Assembly (NCBI GenBank): GCA_919902235.1
Contig: CAKKQX010000158.1
Span: 1 to 42,007 of the forward strand
Length of the DNA stretch: 42,007 nt
Source: Burkholderiales bacterium
GTDB taxonomy: Bacteria > Pseudomonadota > Gammaproteobacteria > Burkholderiales > SG8-41
Direction of reading: 5' to 3'
This document shows positions 8,171 to 19,172 of this stretch, piece by piece; positions within the stretch are counted from its first letter, which is position 1; each line of letters opens with the position of its first letter. A program made the position numbers and the translations under genes. The notes beneath the pieces are model-generated. The model was not told the DNA's origin and did not search any database. It worked only from the letters and a program-made list of their open reading frames with translations.

Positions 8171-9343
8171 TCAAGCGACAGCCTGCCGCACCAGCAGGTT
8201 CTTCAGCTGCGGCTGCCAGTTGACCAGCCTGAGTCCCATATTGCGCGCCCGAGCTAGCCAGACCGCATCGTTGTTGAAAAGTTTCTGCAACGTGTCAGTC
8301 ATCAACTGCATGGCCAGAATATCCTCTTTGCGCGCCCGCTCGTAGCGCCGTAACAATGCGTAATCGCCGCAATCGGACTGGGCGCCGCGCCCGCTTAAAA
8401 CCCGCGCCAGTTCGCGCGCGTCGCGAAAGCCGAGATTAACGCCCTGCCCGGCAAGGGGGTGCACGCTGTGCGCGGCATCTCCCACCAGGGCGATTCTGGA
8501 TTTTACAATATTTTCAACATGTTGCATACGAAGTGGGAAAGCGGCCGGCAGTGTGACCGGCTGCAATTCGCCCACGGTCCGACAACTGGCAAGACCAACT
8601 GCATCGGCCAGCTCGCGCGGCGTGAGCGCGAGCAGCTCGCGAGCGCGCGGCTCCACGGTCGACCACACCATGGACACATGATTGTCCGCAAGCGGCAGCA
8701 ATGCCAGCACACCGTCGCGACGGAACCACTGATAAGCAATGCCTTGATGCGGCCTCCCGGCGGCAAAATTGGCAACCACACCCAGCTGACCGTAATCGCG
8801 CGGCCTGGCGACGATGCCCGCCTGGGTGCGCAGCCAGGAGCCGGCGCCGTCGGCGCCCACCAGGAGGCGTGCCGTCAGTTCGGTACCGTCTTCCAGCGTC
8901 AATCCCGCATGATCCTCGTTCCAGCGCACGGCGCCGCAACGCGCGGGGCTGAACACCTGAACGTGCCCGGAATCCCGCAGCCGCTGCCATGCCGCTTGCT
9001 GCAGCAAGCTGTTCCCGGCAATGAACGCCAGTTCGCGCAAACCGGCGTCATAAGCGCTGAAATCAAGCCGCGAGCTGTCATCGTCCCCGTAAATCTGCAT
9101 GGCCTCGACCCGGGCCAGGCGTTCTTGCGGCAGCGTTTGCCATATGCCGCACGCGCTCAGAAAATCCGCGCTGCCGGGACTGATGGCATAGACGCGGTTA
9201 TCCCGCGTGCCTTCTGCGGCAGGCGTTATCGGAGGATCGGGCTCAACCACGGCGACACTCAGATCTGCGGAGCGCAACGCCAGCGCGAGACTTGCGCCCA
9301 CCAGCCCGCCGCCGACGATAATGATGTCAAAATTACGGGGCAT
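8171..9343 (-). CDS. UbiH/UbiF/VisC/COQ6-family FAD-dependent ubiquinone biosynthesis hydroxylase
   Basis: 390 aa with the N-terminal dinucleotide fold DIIIVGGGLVGASLALAL and GDAAH..HPLAGQGVNLG. Confidence 0.9.
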   Translation of the reverse strand: MPRNFDIIIVGGGLVGASLALALRSADLSVAVVEPDPPITPAAEGTRDNRVYAISPGSADFLSACGIWQTLPQERLARVEAMQIYGDDDSSRLDFSAYDAGLRELAFIAGNSLLQQAAWQRLRDSGHVQVFSPARCGAVRWNEDHAGLTLEDGTELTARLLVGADGAGSWLRTQAGIVARPRDYGQLGVVANFAAGRPHQGIAYQWFRRDGVLALLPLADNHVSMVWSTVEPRARELLALTPRELADAVGLASCRTVGELQPVTLPAAFPLRMQHVENIVKSRIALVGDAAHSVHPLAGQGVNLGFRDARELARVLSGRGAQSDCGDYALLRRYERARKEDILAMQLMTDTLQKLFNNDAVWLARARNMGLRLVNWQPQLKNLLVRQAVA

Positions 9344-9348
9344 GTGAA

Positions 9349-9465
9349 TTAGTTCGATGGGCGCGGCGGCTGCAACATGTCGCCCTCATGTACTGTAATG
9401 ATGTCCCCTTGCAGCGTGCCGAAGCCGGATTTGCCTGCGTGCTCAAAACGCAGCCATTTATTCAC
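9349..9465 (-). pseudogene. 38-codon relic resembling the N-terminus of a fumarylacetoacetate hydrolase (FAH) family protein
   Basis: VNKWLRFEHAGKSGFGTLQGDIITVHEGDMLQPPRPSN* fits the remembered pattern M..RF...G...G.L.GD.V....GD.F....PTG. GTG start, no SD. It stops 5 nt before the ubiH-like ATG, so there is no room for the catalytic domain. Confidence 0.35.
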
Positions 9466-9592
9466 AGCATTTACTTTGTGTTGCGCAACGCAAGGGGGTT
9501 TTCATATATTCGAATCAAGGTAGCATGTGCACTCCGGGCTTGCAACTATTGGATTATTAACACTTATCTGCCAATCCGCCGAATGAACTATC

Positions 9593-9621
9593 TTGACAAG
9601 ACCAGCCTCGCTCTTTAGACT
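9593..9621 (+). promoter_or_regulatory. Sigma-70-like promoter for the tRNA gene
   Basis: TTGACA (9593-9598), a 17-nt spacer, then TAGACT (9616-9621), followed by a GC-rich discriminator (GCGCCGC). It sits 14 nt upstream of the mature tRNA 5' end. Confidence 0.45.
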
Positions 9622-9635
9622 GCGCCGCTTCCTGT

Positions 9636-9711
9636 GGCGAGTTAGCTCAGCGGTTAGAGCAGCGGAATCATAATCCGTTGGTCCGGGGTTCAAATCCCTG
9701 ACTCGCCACCA
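9636..9711 (+). tRNA. tRNA with anticodon CAT (Met, or Ile2 if lysidine-modified)
   Basis: 76 nt folds into a cloverleaf by hand: acceptor GGCGAGT/ACTCGCC, D stem GCTC/GAGC, anticodon stem GCGGA/TCCGT with loop ATCATAA (CAT at 9669-9671), T stem CGGGG/CCCTG, and an encoded CCA. Confidence 0.95.
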
Positions 9712-9815
9712 CTCCTTATTAGTATCATTAGGATTATCCTCAGCTTTGTGAAAGTTCCGATCCACGCCGGATTAGGCGATTGAAGTATTTGATTATGTTG
9801 TGTTATTGTTAATTG

Positions 9816-10142
9816 ATGCGTACCTTCCTTGGCGGATTGGTGTTGACCTTCGCGCTGACTTTACCCAGTCACGCCCAATTAACGCGCGTCCTGCCCGCCA
9901 ATGGCAAACTCGGCGTCACCGGCACGCAACGTTCACTCCCGGCGGTTCAGATCAATCAGCAAGTGTTGCGTCTCGCACCCGGCGGGCGCATCACCGACCG
10001 CAACAACCGTTCTATCGTGCATGCGCATCTGCCTGCGCAGGCAACAGTGCTTTACACCCTGGATAACCGGGGTGATATCTCGCGCATCTTCATACTGACC
10101 CCCGAAGAAGTGGTCCGGATCCAGCAAGCCGGGGGGAAATAG
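9816..10142 (+). CDS. Hypothetical exported protein
   Basis: About 108 aa with signal-peptide-like [21 protein letters not shown]. Abuts the miaB start. No obvious SD and no recognised family. Confidence 0.5.
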   Translation: MRTFLGGLVLTFALTLPSHAQLTRVLPANGKLGVTGTQRSLPAVQINQQVLRLAPGGRITDRNNRSIVHAHLPAQATVLYTLDNRGDISRIFILTPEEVVRIQQAGGK

Positions 10143-10144
10143 CC

Positions 10145-11479
10145 GTGATCGGGAAGGTCTATATCAAAACCTTCGGCTGCCAGATGAACGAGTATGACTC
10201 GGACAAGATGGCGGATATCCTGCGCGTGGCGCGCGGCATGGAAAAAACCGACGATCCGGCGCAGGCCGAGCTGATTCTTTTCAACACCTGTTCAGTGCGC
10301 GAAAAAGCCCAGGAAAAAGTGTTTCACGACCTCGGGCGGGTCAGACAATTCAAACGCGCCAATCCGCAAGTCCTGATCGGTGTCGGCGGCTGCGTCGCCA
10401 GTCAGGAAGGCGCCGCCATTGTCGCGCGCGCGCCCTATGTCGATCTGGTGTTCGGCCCGCAGACGCTGCATCGTCTGCCACAGATGATAGAAGCGCGGCG
10501 CGCCAGCGGCAAGCCGCAGGTGGATATAACCTTCCCCGAAATCGAAAAATTCGACAACCTGCCACCGGCCAGGGTGGAAGGTCACACCGCTTATGTCTCC
10601 ATCATGGAGGGGTGCAGCAAATACTGCTCGTTCTGCGTGGTGCCATACACGCGCGGCGAAGAAGTATCGCGCCCGCTTGAAGACGTGCTGACCGAGGTGG
10701 CTGAACTCGCGCAACAGGGCACCAAGGAAATCACTCTGCTCGGTCAGAACGTGAATGCGTATCGAGGGCGCGCAGATGATGGCGAAACGGCGGACTTCGC
10801 ACTGCTGCTGGAATACGTCGCCGAAATTCCGGGCATAGCGCGCGTCCGTTACACCACATCGCATCCCAAGGAATTCACGCGGCGGCTGATCGAAGCCCAC
10901 GCCAGAATACCCAAGCTTGTCGGCCACGTGCATCTGCCGGTGCAGTCGGGCTCGGACCGCGTTCTTGCGGCGATGAAACGCGGCTACACCGTGCTCGAAT
11001 ACAAATCGATTGTCCGCGGGCTGCGCGAGATGCGGCCGGATATTTCAATATCATCCGACTTTATCGTCGGCTTTCCCGGGGAAACTGACGTCGATTTCGC
11101 GCTCACCATGAAGCTCATCGACGAGGTGGGTTTCGATTCGGGCTTCAGTTTCATCTACAGCCGCCGCCCCGGTACGCCGGCAGCGGAATTTGCCGACGAC
11201 ACGGCTCACGATGTGAAGATCGCGCGCCTGCAGCAACTTCAATCGCACATCGAGGCGCAGGCGCGAGCGATAAGCTGCGCCATGGTCGGCACCCGGCAGC
11301 GCGTGCTTGTCGGCGGCAGGGCAAAGCGGAATTCGGATGAACTCGCCGGCCGCACCGACAATAACCGGGTGGTCAATTTCCGCGGGGCACCGCGGCTGCT
11401 TGGCGAATTCGTCGACGTTACCATCACGGCCGCACTGCCGCATTCGCTGCGCGGGGAAATCGTCGCCACAGTCCATTGA
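10145..11479 (+). CDS. miaB: tRNA-2-methylthio-N6-dimethylallyladenosine synthase
   Basis: 444 aa with N-terminal [12 protein letters not shown] and the radical-SAM motif [14 protein letters not shown] start. Confidence 0.95.
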   Translation: MIGKVYIKTFGCQMNEYDSDKMADILRVARGMEKTDDPAQAELILFNTCSVREKAQEKVFHDLGRVRQFKRANPQVLIGVGGCVASQEGAAIVARAPYVDLVFGPQTLHRLPQMIEARRASGKPQVDITFPEIEKFDNLPPARVEGHTAYVSIMEGCSKYCSFCVVPYTRGEEVSRPLEDVLTEVAELAQQGTKEITLLGQNVNAYRGRADDGETADFALLLEYVAEIPGIARVRYTTSHPKEFTRRLIEAHARIPKLVGHVHLPVQSGSDRVLAAMKRGYTVLEYKSIVRGLREMRPDISISSDFIVGFPGETDVDFALTMKLIDEVGFDSGFSFIYSRRPGTPAAEFADDTAHDVKIARLQQLQSHIEAQARAISCAMVGTRQRVLVGGRAKRNSDELAGRTDNNRVVNFRGAPRLLGEFVDVTITAALPHSLRGEIVATVH

Positions 11480-12468
11480 AGCCCGTCGAGATCAGTTTTA
11501 CCCCGGTTGACAATCAGCGGCTCGCCAATCTGTGCGGAGCACTCGATGAAAATCTGCGCCAGATCGAAGCGGCGCTCGACATCGGCATCGCGCGCCGCGG
11601 CGAACGTTTTGCGCTGACCGGCGCGCCCGGGCAGACCAAAATCGCCGCCAAGGTACTGCATAATTTTTATCAGCAAGCGGGAAATACATTGTCGCTGGAA
11701 GACGTGCAGCTGGGCCTGATCGAAGCCGCCAATCCGCGGCAGGCCGCGGCCGCAGCCGGCGAATCGCCGATGCTTATTACTCGGCGTCAGGATCTTCACG
11801 GTCGCACGCTGCGCCAGACGCATTATCTGCAAAACATCCAGACGCATGACATAACCTTCAGCATAGGGCCGGCCGGCACCGGCAAAACCTATCTTGCGGT
11901 CGCCTGCGCGATCGACGCCCTGGAACGCGACAATGTGAAACGCATCGTGCTGGTGCGCCCGGCAGTCGAAGCGGGGGAACGTCTGGGGTTTCTGCCCGGC
12001 GACATGGCGCAGAAAGTCGATCCCTATCTGCGCCCCCTTTACGACGCGCTCTACGATTTGATGGGTTACGAGAAAGTCACCCGGATGTTCGAACGCGGCG
12101 CGATCGAAATCGCGCCGCTTGCCTTCATGCGTGGCCGCACCCTCAATCATTCATTCGTCATTCTCGACGAGGCGCAGAACACCACTCCGGAGCAGATGAA
12201 AATGTTCCTGACGCGCATCGGCTTCGGCAGCAAGGCAGTGATTACCGGCGACGTTACCCAGATCGACCTTGCGCGCGGACAGAAAAGCGGACTGGTCGAG
12301 GCGCGTGAAGTGCTGAAAAAGGTGCGCGGCATCGCGTTCACATTCTTCGAGAGCGAGGATGTGGTACGCCATCCCCTGGTGCAGCGCATCGTCAACGCCT
12401 ACGAAAATTACTCCTCCCGCAATCCGGCAGCGGGGCGGAAAACCATTCTGAAAAATGAAAGCGAATAA
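11476..12468 (+). CDS. ybeZ: PhoH-family ATPase
   Basis: 330 aa with Walker [12 protein letters not shown]. The start overlaps the miaB stop. Sits in the conserved miaB-ybeZ-ybeY-corC-lnt order. Confidence 0.9.
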   Translation: MKPVEISFTPVDNQRLANLCGALDENLRQIEAALDIGIARRGERFALTGAPGQTKIAAKVLHNFYQQAGNTLSLEDVQLGLIEAANPRQAAAAAGESPMLITRRQDLHGRTLRQTHYLQNIQTHDITFSIGPAGTGKTYLAVACAIDALERDNVKRIVLVRPAVEAGERLGFLPGDMAQKVDPYLRPLYDALYDLMGYEKVTRMFERGAIEIAPLAFMRGRTLNHSFVILDEAQNTTPEQMKMFLTRIGFGSKAVITGDVTQIDLARGQKSGLVEAREVLKKVRGIAFTFFESEDVVRHPLVQRIVNAYENYSSRNPAAGRKTILKNESE

Positions 12469-12985
12469 TTTGACCCGCTGTGGATTAGCGCAGGATGGCA
12501 GGCCGCGAACGGCGGGCCGCGCCCCCAAACTTCGTTTCACCGCGCAATTCGGAACTGCTGCGCGCAATCTGCCTTCGCGCGCGCAGTTGCGCAAATGGGC
12601 ACATGCCGCGCTTGAAAACGATGCCCGCGTCACGGTTCGCATCGTCGGCCAGGCAGAGGGCCGGGCGCTCAACCGCAATTACCGCGGCAGGGATTATGCC
12701 ACCAATGTATTGACGTTCGTGCTCCAGGACTCCCCCCCATTCGTGGGCGATCTTGCGCTGTGTGCGCCGGTCGTCGCGCGCGAAGCCCGCGCCCAGGGCA
12801 AGAACGTGGCGGCGCACTATGCGCACCTGGTGGTGCATGGCATGCTGCATCTGCAGGGGTATGATCATGAACGCGATGCCGACGCACATATTATGGAAAA
12901 ACTCGAATCGAAAATCGTCACCAATCTCGGCTATTCTGCCCCTTACGCAAAGGATCAAGGCGGAAAGATGAAGGTGCGAGAATGA
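12455..12985 (+). CDS. ybeY: rRNA maturation endoribonuclease YbeY
   Basis: Zinc motif HGMLHLQGYDHE. The N-terminus is somewhat long, so the true start may be downstream of 12455. Confidence 0.9.
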   Translation: MKANNLTRCGLAQDGRPRTAGRAPKLRFTAQFGTAARNLPSRAQLRKWAHAALENDARVTVRIVGQAEGRALNRNYRGRDYATNVLTFVLQDSPPFVGDLALCAPVVAREARAQGKNVAAHYAHLVVHGMLHLQGYDHERDADAHIMEKLESKIVTNLGYSAPYAKDQGGKMKVRE

Positions 12986-13060
12986 AAATGGGCATCCCCC
13001 CTGCTCCAAGAGTTCGTCAACACCGCGCCCTTCTTTTCCCAACTGTCGCTGTTTGACCAC

Positions 13061-13900
13061 ATGGACGATCCCAATCCCAACACCAGGCCTTCACTTCTGG
13101 AGCGGCTCTCGGCGCTTATCATGCGCGAGCCCGAGGACCGCGAGCAGCTGATCAATCTGCTGCGTTCTGCGTACGAACGCAATCTGCTCGACGCCGATGC
13201 TCTGGCCATGATCGAAGGGGTAATGCAGGTTTCCGAAATGCGGGCGCGCGACATCATGGTGCCGCGTTCCCAAATGGATGTGATCGATATCAATGAATCG
13301 CCCGGCCAGTTCATCCCGATGGTGATACAGACCGCGCATTCGCGTTTCCCGGTAATCGGCACCAACCGGGACGACGTGATCGGCATTCTCCTGGCCAAGG
13401 ACCTGCTGCGCTACTATGCCGGCGAGGAAGAATTCAACGTGCGCGAAATGTTGCGGCCTGCGGTATTCATTCCCGAGGCCAAGCCGCTCAACGTGCTGCT
13501 CAAGGAATTCCGCAAGAACCGCAACCACATTGCCATTGTCGTCGACGAATACGGCGGCGTCTCCGGCCTGATCACTATCGAGGACGTGCTGGAGCAGATC
13601 GTCGGCGACATCGAAGACGAGTACGATTTTGACGATATCGAGGACAACATTGTCCAGGAAAAAGGCGGCCAGTACCGCGTCAAGGCGCTCACCGAGATCG
13701 CCGATTTCAACTCCGTGTTCGGCACGGCTTATGACGATGAGGAATTCGACACCATAGGCGGCGTAGTGCTGCAACGTTTCGGCCGCGTACCAAAGCGCGG
13801 CGAACAGATCGGTCTCGACAATCTGACGTTCAAGGTTCTGCGCGCCGACAGCCGCAGGCTGCACTTACTGCAAGTGTCGAAGAAAAACGACAAGCAATGA
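13061..13900 (+). CDS. corC: CBS-pair / CorC_HlyC-domain magnesium-cobalt efflux-associated protein
   Basis: 279 aa with tandem CBS-like region and a C-terminal transporter-associated domain. Synteny after ybeY supports the call. Confidence 0.9.
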   Translation: MDDPNPNTRPSLLERLSALIMREPEDREQLINLLRSAYERNLLDADALAMIEGVMQVSEMRARDIMVPRSQMDVIDINESPGQFIPMVIQTAHSRFPVIGTNRDDVIGILLAKDLLRYYAGEEEFNVREMLRPAVFIPEAKPLNVLLKEFRKNRNHIAIVVDEYGGVSGLITIEDVLEQIVGDIEDEYDFDDIEDNIVQEKGGQYRVKALTEIADFNSVFGTAYDDEEFDTIGGVVLQRFGRVPKRGEQIGLDNLTFKVLRADSRRLHLLQVSKKNDKQ

Positions 13901-15534
13901 GCGAAAAGCACAGGGTGATGGACGACGACGCAATAAAAGGGTCGCCGAACTTCACCAGCCGGGTTTCGCTCATCATCCATCGCTCATCATTCATCATCGC
14001 TTTTCTGCTCGGCGCCGTAACCGTTCTGGGCTTCGCGCCGTTTTCGCTGTCTGCGCTGCCCATCGTCACGCTCGTGCTCATGCTGCGCCTGTGGCAGAAA
14101 CAGGCGGCACCGCGACAGGCGGCGCTCAGCGGATTCGCGTTCGGTCTTGGCCTGTTTCTGTGCGGCGTATCCTGGGTCTACGTCAGCCTGCATGACTTCG
14201 GCGCCATGCCGGCGCCGCTCGCCGCCATCGCAACACTGCTGTTCTGCGCTTTCCTCTCATTGTTTCCCGCGTTTGCCGGGTATCTTTGCGCCAAAGCGCC
14301 CCTGTCCAGCGGTTTCAAACTCGCGCTGTTCATGCCCGCCGTGTGGGTGCTGCTCGAATGGACCCGCAGCTGGGTGTTTACCGGCTTTCCCTGGCTCGCC
14401 ATCGGTTATTCCCAGGTGCCCGCAGGCCCGCTTGCCGGTTACGCGCCGGTACTGGGCATCTACGGCGTCACACTGGCCACAGTCGCGACGGCCGGATTGA
14501 TTGTCGTGCTGTGGTCGCGCATTGCGGGCAATGGCCAAGGTGGGAAAGTGGAGCCGGAGGAAACAACTGGCCAGCGCGGTTCCCGCTGGCTTCTCATCCC
14601 GCATCCCTCAGCCCTCATGCTGCTTGCTCTTTGGCTGGGTGGATGGGCTTTGAAGCAAGTCGAGTGGACACAACCCCACGGCGCACCCGTTTCGGTCAGC
14701 CTGCTTCAGGGCAATATTTCGCAAGACATGAAATGGCGGGAAGACAGCATCAGGGCCACGCTGGATTCCTATCTCTCACTGATTGAGGCCAGCGACAGCA
14801 GACTCATTATTCTGCCGGAGACCGCCCTTCCCCTGTTCCTGCACGATGTGCCGGCCGATTACCTTGAGCGCGTGGCCGCGCACGCCAGGAAAAACCACGG
14901 CGACATCCTGATCGGCGTGCCGGAAAAAATGAAAAGCGGCGATTATTACAACAGCGTGCTTTCGTTCGGCAGCACGACTACGCAAACCTACCGCAAATCG
15001 CACTTGGTGCCATTCGGCGAATTCATTCCCCTGCGCCCGCTGCTCGGCTGGATCGTCAGCGTGCTGGCCATTCCGCTGCAGGACTTTTCGCGCGGCGCAG
15101 ACCATCAGCAGCCGCTGCAAGTCGCCGGTCAGCGCGTCGCGGTCAATATCTGCTACGAGGACGTGTTCGGCGAGGAAATCATCCGCCAGCTGCCGCAGGC
15201 GACGTTGCTCGCCAATGTCAGCAATGTCGCATGGTTCGGCCGCTCGATCGCCCCGCAGCAGCATTTGCAAATCTCCCAGGCGCGGGCGCTGGAAACCGGC
15301 CGCACCATGCTGCGCGCGACCAACACCGGCGTTACCGCGATCATCGACCCGCACGGTCGCATTGTGCGCAGTGCCCCTGAGTTTTCCGCCACCACCGTCA
15401 CCCACACTGTTCAGGGTTATCAGGGCGCTACGCCCTACGTACTCTGGGGCAACTATGGCGTGCTCGGGCTGGCGCTGCTGTTACTGGCTGCCGCGTTTGG
15501 CTGCACACGGCTGGCGGCACGCCGCCAGGGGTAG
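13897..15534 (+). CDS. lnt: Apolipoprotein N-acyltransferase
   Basis: 545 aa with a multi-TM N-terminal half and a C-terminal nitrilase-like domain (ICYE). ATGA overlap with the corC stop. Confidence 0.9.
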   Translation: MSEKHRVMDDDAIKGSPNFTSRVSLIIHRSSFIIAFLLGAVTVLGFAPFSLSALPIVTLVLMLRLWQKQAAPRQAALSGFAFGLGLFLCGVSWVYVSLHDFGAMPAPLAAIATLLFCAFLSLFPAFAGYLCAKAPLSSGFKLALFMPAVWVLLEWTRSWVFTGFPWLAIGYSQVPAGPLAGYAPVLGIYGVTLATVATAGLIVVLWSRIAGNGQGGKVEPEETTGQRGSRWLLIPHPSALMLLALWLGGWALKQVEWTQPHGAPVSVSLLQGNISQDMKWREDSIRATLDSYLSLIEASDSRLIILPETALPLFLHDVPADYLERVAAHARKNHGDILIGVPEKMKSGDYYNSVLSFGSTTTQTYRKSHLVPFGEFIPLRPLLGWIVSVLAIPLQDFSRGADHQQPLQVAGQRVAVNICYEDVFGEEIIRQLPQATLLANVSNVAWFGRSIAPQQHLQISQARALETGRTMLRATNTGVTAIIDPHGRIVRSAPEFSATTVTHTVQGYQGATPYVLWGNYGVLGLALLLLAAAFGCTRLAARRQG

Positions 15535-15616
15535 TCGCTGTCCGCCGCCCGTTAATGCGGTTTCCGGCTTGCCGGCAAAGCCTGTAAAATCCGCGTTTTC
15601 AAGCAATTGCCGCAAC

Positions 15617-16501
15617 ATGATCACTTTCCAGCAGATTATTCTCACGCTTAACCAGTACTGGGACCGGCACGGCTGCATCCTGCTGCAGCCCTATGACATG
15701 GAAGTCGGCGCGGGCACCTTCCATACCGCGACCTTTCTGCGCGCTATCGGGCCGGAACCGTGGAAAGCCGCCTACGTGCAGCCGTCGCGGCGACCCAAGG
15801 CCGGACGCTACGGCGAGAACCCCAATCGCCTGCAGCATTACTACCAGTACCAAGTGGTGATGAAGCCCTCGCCCGACGATCTCCAGGATCTTTACCTGGA
15901 TTCGCTCAGGGAACTGGGCGTCGACTCCAAGGCAAACGACATCCGCTTTGTCGAGGACGACTGGGAATCGCCGACGCTGGGGGCCTGGGGTCTGGGCTGG
16001 GAAGTCTGGCTCAACGGCATGGAAGTCACGCAGTACACCTACTTCCAGCAGGTCGGCGGGCTCGATTGCAAACCGGTGCTGGGCGAGCTCACCTACGGTC
16101 TGGAGCGCCTGGCGATGTATCTGCAGGGAAAAGAAAACGTGTTCGATCTGGTGTGGGTCGACGGCGTCACTTATCGCGATGTCTATCACCAGAACGAAGT
16201 CGAGCAGTCCAGATACAATTTCGAACTTGCCGACGTCAGCTGGCTGCTGCAGTTGTTTACCGATTGCGAAGCGCAGGCCAAACGCCTGGTCGAAGCGGGA
16301 CTGGTATTGCCGGCCTATGAGATGGTCATGAAGTGCTCCCATACCTTCAACCTGCTCGATGCGCGCGGCGCGATCTCGGTGACCGAGCGCGCCGCCTACA
16401 TCGGCCGCGTGCGGGTGCTGTCGCGTTTGATTGCGCAGGCCTATTACGCCTCGCGCGAAGCGCTCGGCTTCCCGATGCGCCACGACAAAGTGGCGGCGTG
16501 A
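15617..16501 (+). CDS. glyQ: Glycine--tRNA ligase alpha subunit
   Basis: [36 protein letters not shown] is a canonical GlyQ N-terminus. The 15215 ORF start is an artefactual extension overlapping lnt. Confidence 0.95.
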   Translation: MITFQQIILTLNQYWDRHGCILLQPYDMEVGAGTFHTATFLRAIGPEPWKAAYVQPSRRPKAGRYGENPNRLQHYYQYQVVMKPSPDDLQDLYLDSLRELGVDSKANDIRFVEDDWESPTLGAWGLGWEVWLNGMEVTQYTYFQQVGGLDCKPVLGELTYGLERLAMYLQGKENVFDLVWVDGVTYRDVYHQNEVEQSRYNFELADVSWLLQLFTDCEAQAKRLVEAGLVLPAYEMVMKCSHTFNLLDARGAISVTERAAYIGRVRVLSRLIAQAYYASREALGFPMRHDKVAA

Positions 16502-16513
16502 GATGAAAATAAA

Positions 16514-18589
16514 ATGAAAGATACGCTGCTCATCGAGCTGCTGACCGAGGAACTGCCGCCGAAGGCGCTGCTGCGCATATCGCAAACGCTCTCCGCTGCC
16601 TTGCTGCAGGATCTGCGCCAGGACACGCTGGCGGGGCAGGACAGCATCGCGACCGCTTATGCGACGCCGCGCCGTCTCGCCGTATCGATCACGCACGTGC
16701 TGGACAAGGGGTCGGACCAGGCGCTGGAAATCTCCGGCCCCTCGGTCAAGGCAGGCCTGGGCGCCGATGGAAAACCGACGCAAGCGCTTGCCGGTTTCGC
16801 GAAAAAGAACGGCGTGAGCGTCGATGATCTGGTGCAAATCGACGCGCCCAAGGGAAAAATCTTCGCCTGCCGCAAGTCGGCCGCAGGCGCGCACCTGGAA
16901 ACCAATCTTGCGCTGAAAATCGAAGCAGCGCTCAAACGCCTGCCCATCCCCAAGGTCATGCGCTGGGGCGACGGCGACGCCCAGTTCGTGCGTCCGGTGC
17001 ACGGCCTGGTCATGCTGCACGGCGCGCATGTCGTCCCGGGCAAGGTGCTCGGGCTTGAAAGCACCAACCACACGCAGGGGCATCGCTTCCTCAGCTCCGG
17101 TCCGATCATCATAAAGCACGCCGACGACTACGAGCGCATCCTGCGCGAAGAAGGCAGGGTCGTGGCAAGTTTTGAGGTGCGGCGCAGCGAAATCGTCAAA
17201 AAACTCGGCAAAGTGGCGGGCCAGGACGCAACGCTCATCGACGATGATGCCCTGCTCGATGAAGTGACTGCACTGGTCGAAGCGCCGACCGTATACGAAG
17301 GCCAATTCAGCGCCGAGTTTCTCGACGTGCCGCAGGAATGCCTGATTTTGTCGATGAAACAGCACCAGAAGTATTTCCCGCTGTTCGACAAGACGACCGG
17401 CAGGCTGCTGCCGCGTTTCCTGGTCGTGTCCAACATCAAAACCAGCGATGCATCAAATATCATCCGCGGCAACGAGCGCGTGCTGCGCGCGCGGTTGTCC
17501 GACGCCAAATTCTTCTACGACCAGGACCGCAAACTGCGGCTGGAGGAGCGCGTTCCGCAACTCGCGCAGGTCGTTTATCACAACAAACTGGGCAGTCAGT
17601 TCGAGCGCGTCGAGCGCATCCGGCTGCTGGCCGGAAAAATCGCGCGCATGCTCGGCGCCGATCCCCTGCTGGCCGAGCGCGCCGCATGGTTGTCCAAAGC
17701 CGACCTCATCACCGGCATGGTGGGCGAGTTCCCTGAATTGCAAGGCGTCATGGGCCGTTATTACGCTTTGCATGACAACGAGCCGCAGGCGGTGGCCGAC
17801 GCGGTCGGCGCCCATTACCAGCCGCGCTTTGCCGGCGACCGGCTGCCTGAAGGCACGCTGGCCTGTGCGGTGGCGCTTGCCGACAAGCTCGATACGCTCG
17901 CCGGCCTGTTCGGCATCGGGCAACAGCCCAGCGGGGAAAAAGATCCCTTCGGCTTGCGGCGGGCGGCGCTCGGAGTATTGCGCATCCTCGTTGAGCATTC
18001 GCTCCCGCTTTCGCTGCATGAACTCGTGAATGCGGCATTCGCAGGTTACGCCGGACGCGTGGGCGGTGCGCACACTGATCTTGAGACATTCATCTTCGAT
18101 CGCTTCGCCGGCTACCTCAAAGAACGCGGGTATTCCACGCTCGAAGTTGACTCGGTGTTGTGCATGAATCCAGTGCGGATCAATCTGGTTCCACAACAGT
18201 TGGACGCGGTTCGCGCGTTTTTGATGCTGCCGGAAGCAGAAAGCCTGGCTGCCGCCAACAAACGGGTAGCCAACATTCTCAGGCAGGCACAGGGGAAAGG
18301 GGAGTCTTTCCAGGACGCCGAAGCGAGTATGCTCAAAGATCCTGCGGAACGCGCACTGTTTGACGCGCTCAAGATAACCTCGACAGCAGCCGCTTCGCTT
18401 TTCAAGCAGGGCGATTTCACCGGTTACCTGAAATCCTTCGCCGTTCTGAAGTCTCCGGTCGATGCTTTTTTCGACTCCGTCATGGTTATGGTGGACGACC
18501 CTGGATTGAGGCAGAATCGCCTTGCGCTGCTCTCCGACTTGCGCACGGCAATGAACCAGGTAGCCGATATATCAAGGCTCGCCGCATGA
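16514..18589 (+). CDS. glyS: Glycine--tRNA ligase beta subunit
   Basis: 691 aa starting LLIELLTEELPPKAL. Immediately follows glyQ. Confidence 0.95.
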   Translation: MKDTLLIELLTEELPPKALLRISQTLSAALLQDLRQDTLAGQDSIATAYATPRRLAVSITHVLDKGSDQALEISGPSVKAGLGADGKPTQALAGFAKKNGVSVDDLVQIDAPKGKIFACRKSAAGAHLETNLALKIEAALKRLPIPKVMRWGDGDAQFVRPVHGLVMLHGAHVVPGKVLGLESTNHTQGHRFLSSGPIIIKHADDYERILREEGRVVASFEVRRSEIVKKLGKVAGQDATLIDDDALLDEVTALVEAPTVYEGQFSAEFLDVPQECLILSMKQHQKYFPLFDKTTGRLLPRFLVVSNIKTSDASNIIRGNERVLRARLSDAKFFYDQDRKLRLEERVPQLAQVVYHNKLGSQFERVERIRLLAGKIARMLGADPLLAERAAWLSKADLITGMVGEFPELQGVMGRYYALHDNEPQAVADAVGAHYQPRFAGDRLPEGTLACAVALADKLDTLAGLFGIGQQPSGEKDPFGLRRAALGVLRILVEHSLPLSLHELVNAAFAGYAGRVGGAHTDLETFIFDRFAGYLKERGYSTLEVDSVLCMNPVRINLVPQQLDAVRAFLMLPEAESLAAANKRVANILRQAQGKGESFQDAEASMLKDPAERALFDALKITSTAAASLFKQGDFTGYLKSFAVLKSPVDAFFDSVMVMVDDPGLRQNRLALLSDLRTAMNQVADISRLAA

Positions 18590-18638
18590 ATCAAAGCACC
18601 AGGCTTTTACACCTCTCGCCTCCCGCCTCTCACCTCTC

Positions 18639-19172
18639 ATGAAACTCATCATCCTCGACCGCGACGGCGTCATCAACCACGACAGCGCGGCCTATATCAA
18701 AAGCCCGGGGGAATGGAAACCCATTCCCGGCAGCCTGGAGGCAATCGCGCTGCTCAACCAGGCTGGTTGCCATGTGGTGGTGGCGACCAACCAGTCGGGA
18801 GTGGGACGCGGCCTGTTTGAAATGGCGACGCTCAATGCCATTCACGACAAGATGCACCGCGCGCTCGGTCTGGTCGGCGGCCGCGTCGACGCCATATTCT
18901 TTTGTCCGCACGCGCAGGACGCCGGCTGCGCCTGCCGCAAACCCAAAACCGGCCTGTTCGAGGACATCGCGCGGCGCTTCAAAACCAATCTGCGCGACGT
19001 GCCGAGCATAGGCGATTCCCTGCGCGATCTTCAGGCCGCGGCCGCGGTCGGCGCGCAACCGATACTGGTGCTTACCGGCAAGGGCGAGAAAACCAGGCGC
19101 GACGGCGGCCTGCCGCCCGGCACGCAGGTTTTCACCGACCTGGCCGAAGCCGTGAAATCGCTTATTCAATGA
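18639..19172 (+). CDS. gmhB: D-glycero-beta-D-manno-heptose-1,7-bisphosphate 7-phosphatase
   Basis: 177 aa with the HAD motif ILDRDGVIN and the zinc-binding C.H....C.CRKP pattern typical of GmhB. Confidence 0.9.
   Translation: MKLIILDRDGVINHDSAAYIKSPGEWKPIPGSLEAIALLNQAGCHVVVATNQSGVGRGLFEMATLNAIHDKMHRALGLVGGRVDAIFFCPHAQDAGCACRKPKTGLFEDIARRFKTNLRDVPSIGDSLRDLQAAAAVGAQPILVLTGKGEKTRRDGGLPPGTQVFTDLAEAVKSLIQ

Noticed and set aside
9388-9618. 76-aa plus-strand and 87-aa minus-strand (9502-9765) ORFs around the tRNA gene
   Set aside because: They overlap the tRNA gene or its promoter, and their low-complexity sequences show no features of real proteins.
15599-17365. 588-aa minus-strand ORF opposite glyQ and glyS
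   Set aside because: It is antisense to two canonical aminoacyl-tRNA synthetase genes, spans their junction, and has shadow-ORF composition.
18608-18638. Pyrimidine-rich CCTCTC-type repeats (CACCTCTCGCCTCCCGCCTCTCACCTCTC) just upstream of gmhB
   Set aside because: It is short, has no complementary partner or second copy in the window, and I could not tie it to any structure or signal.
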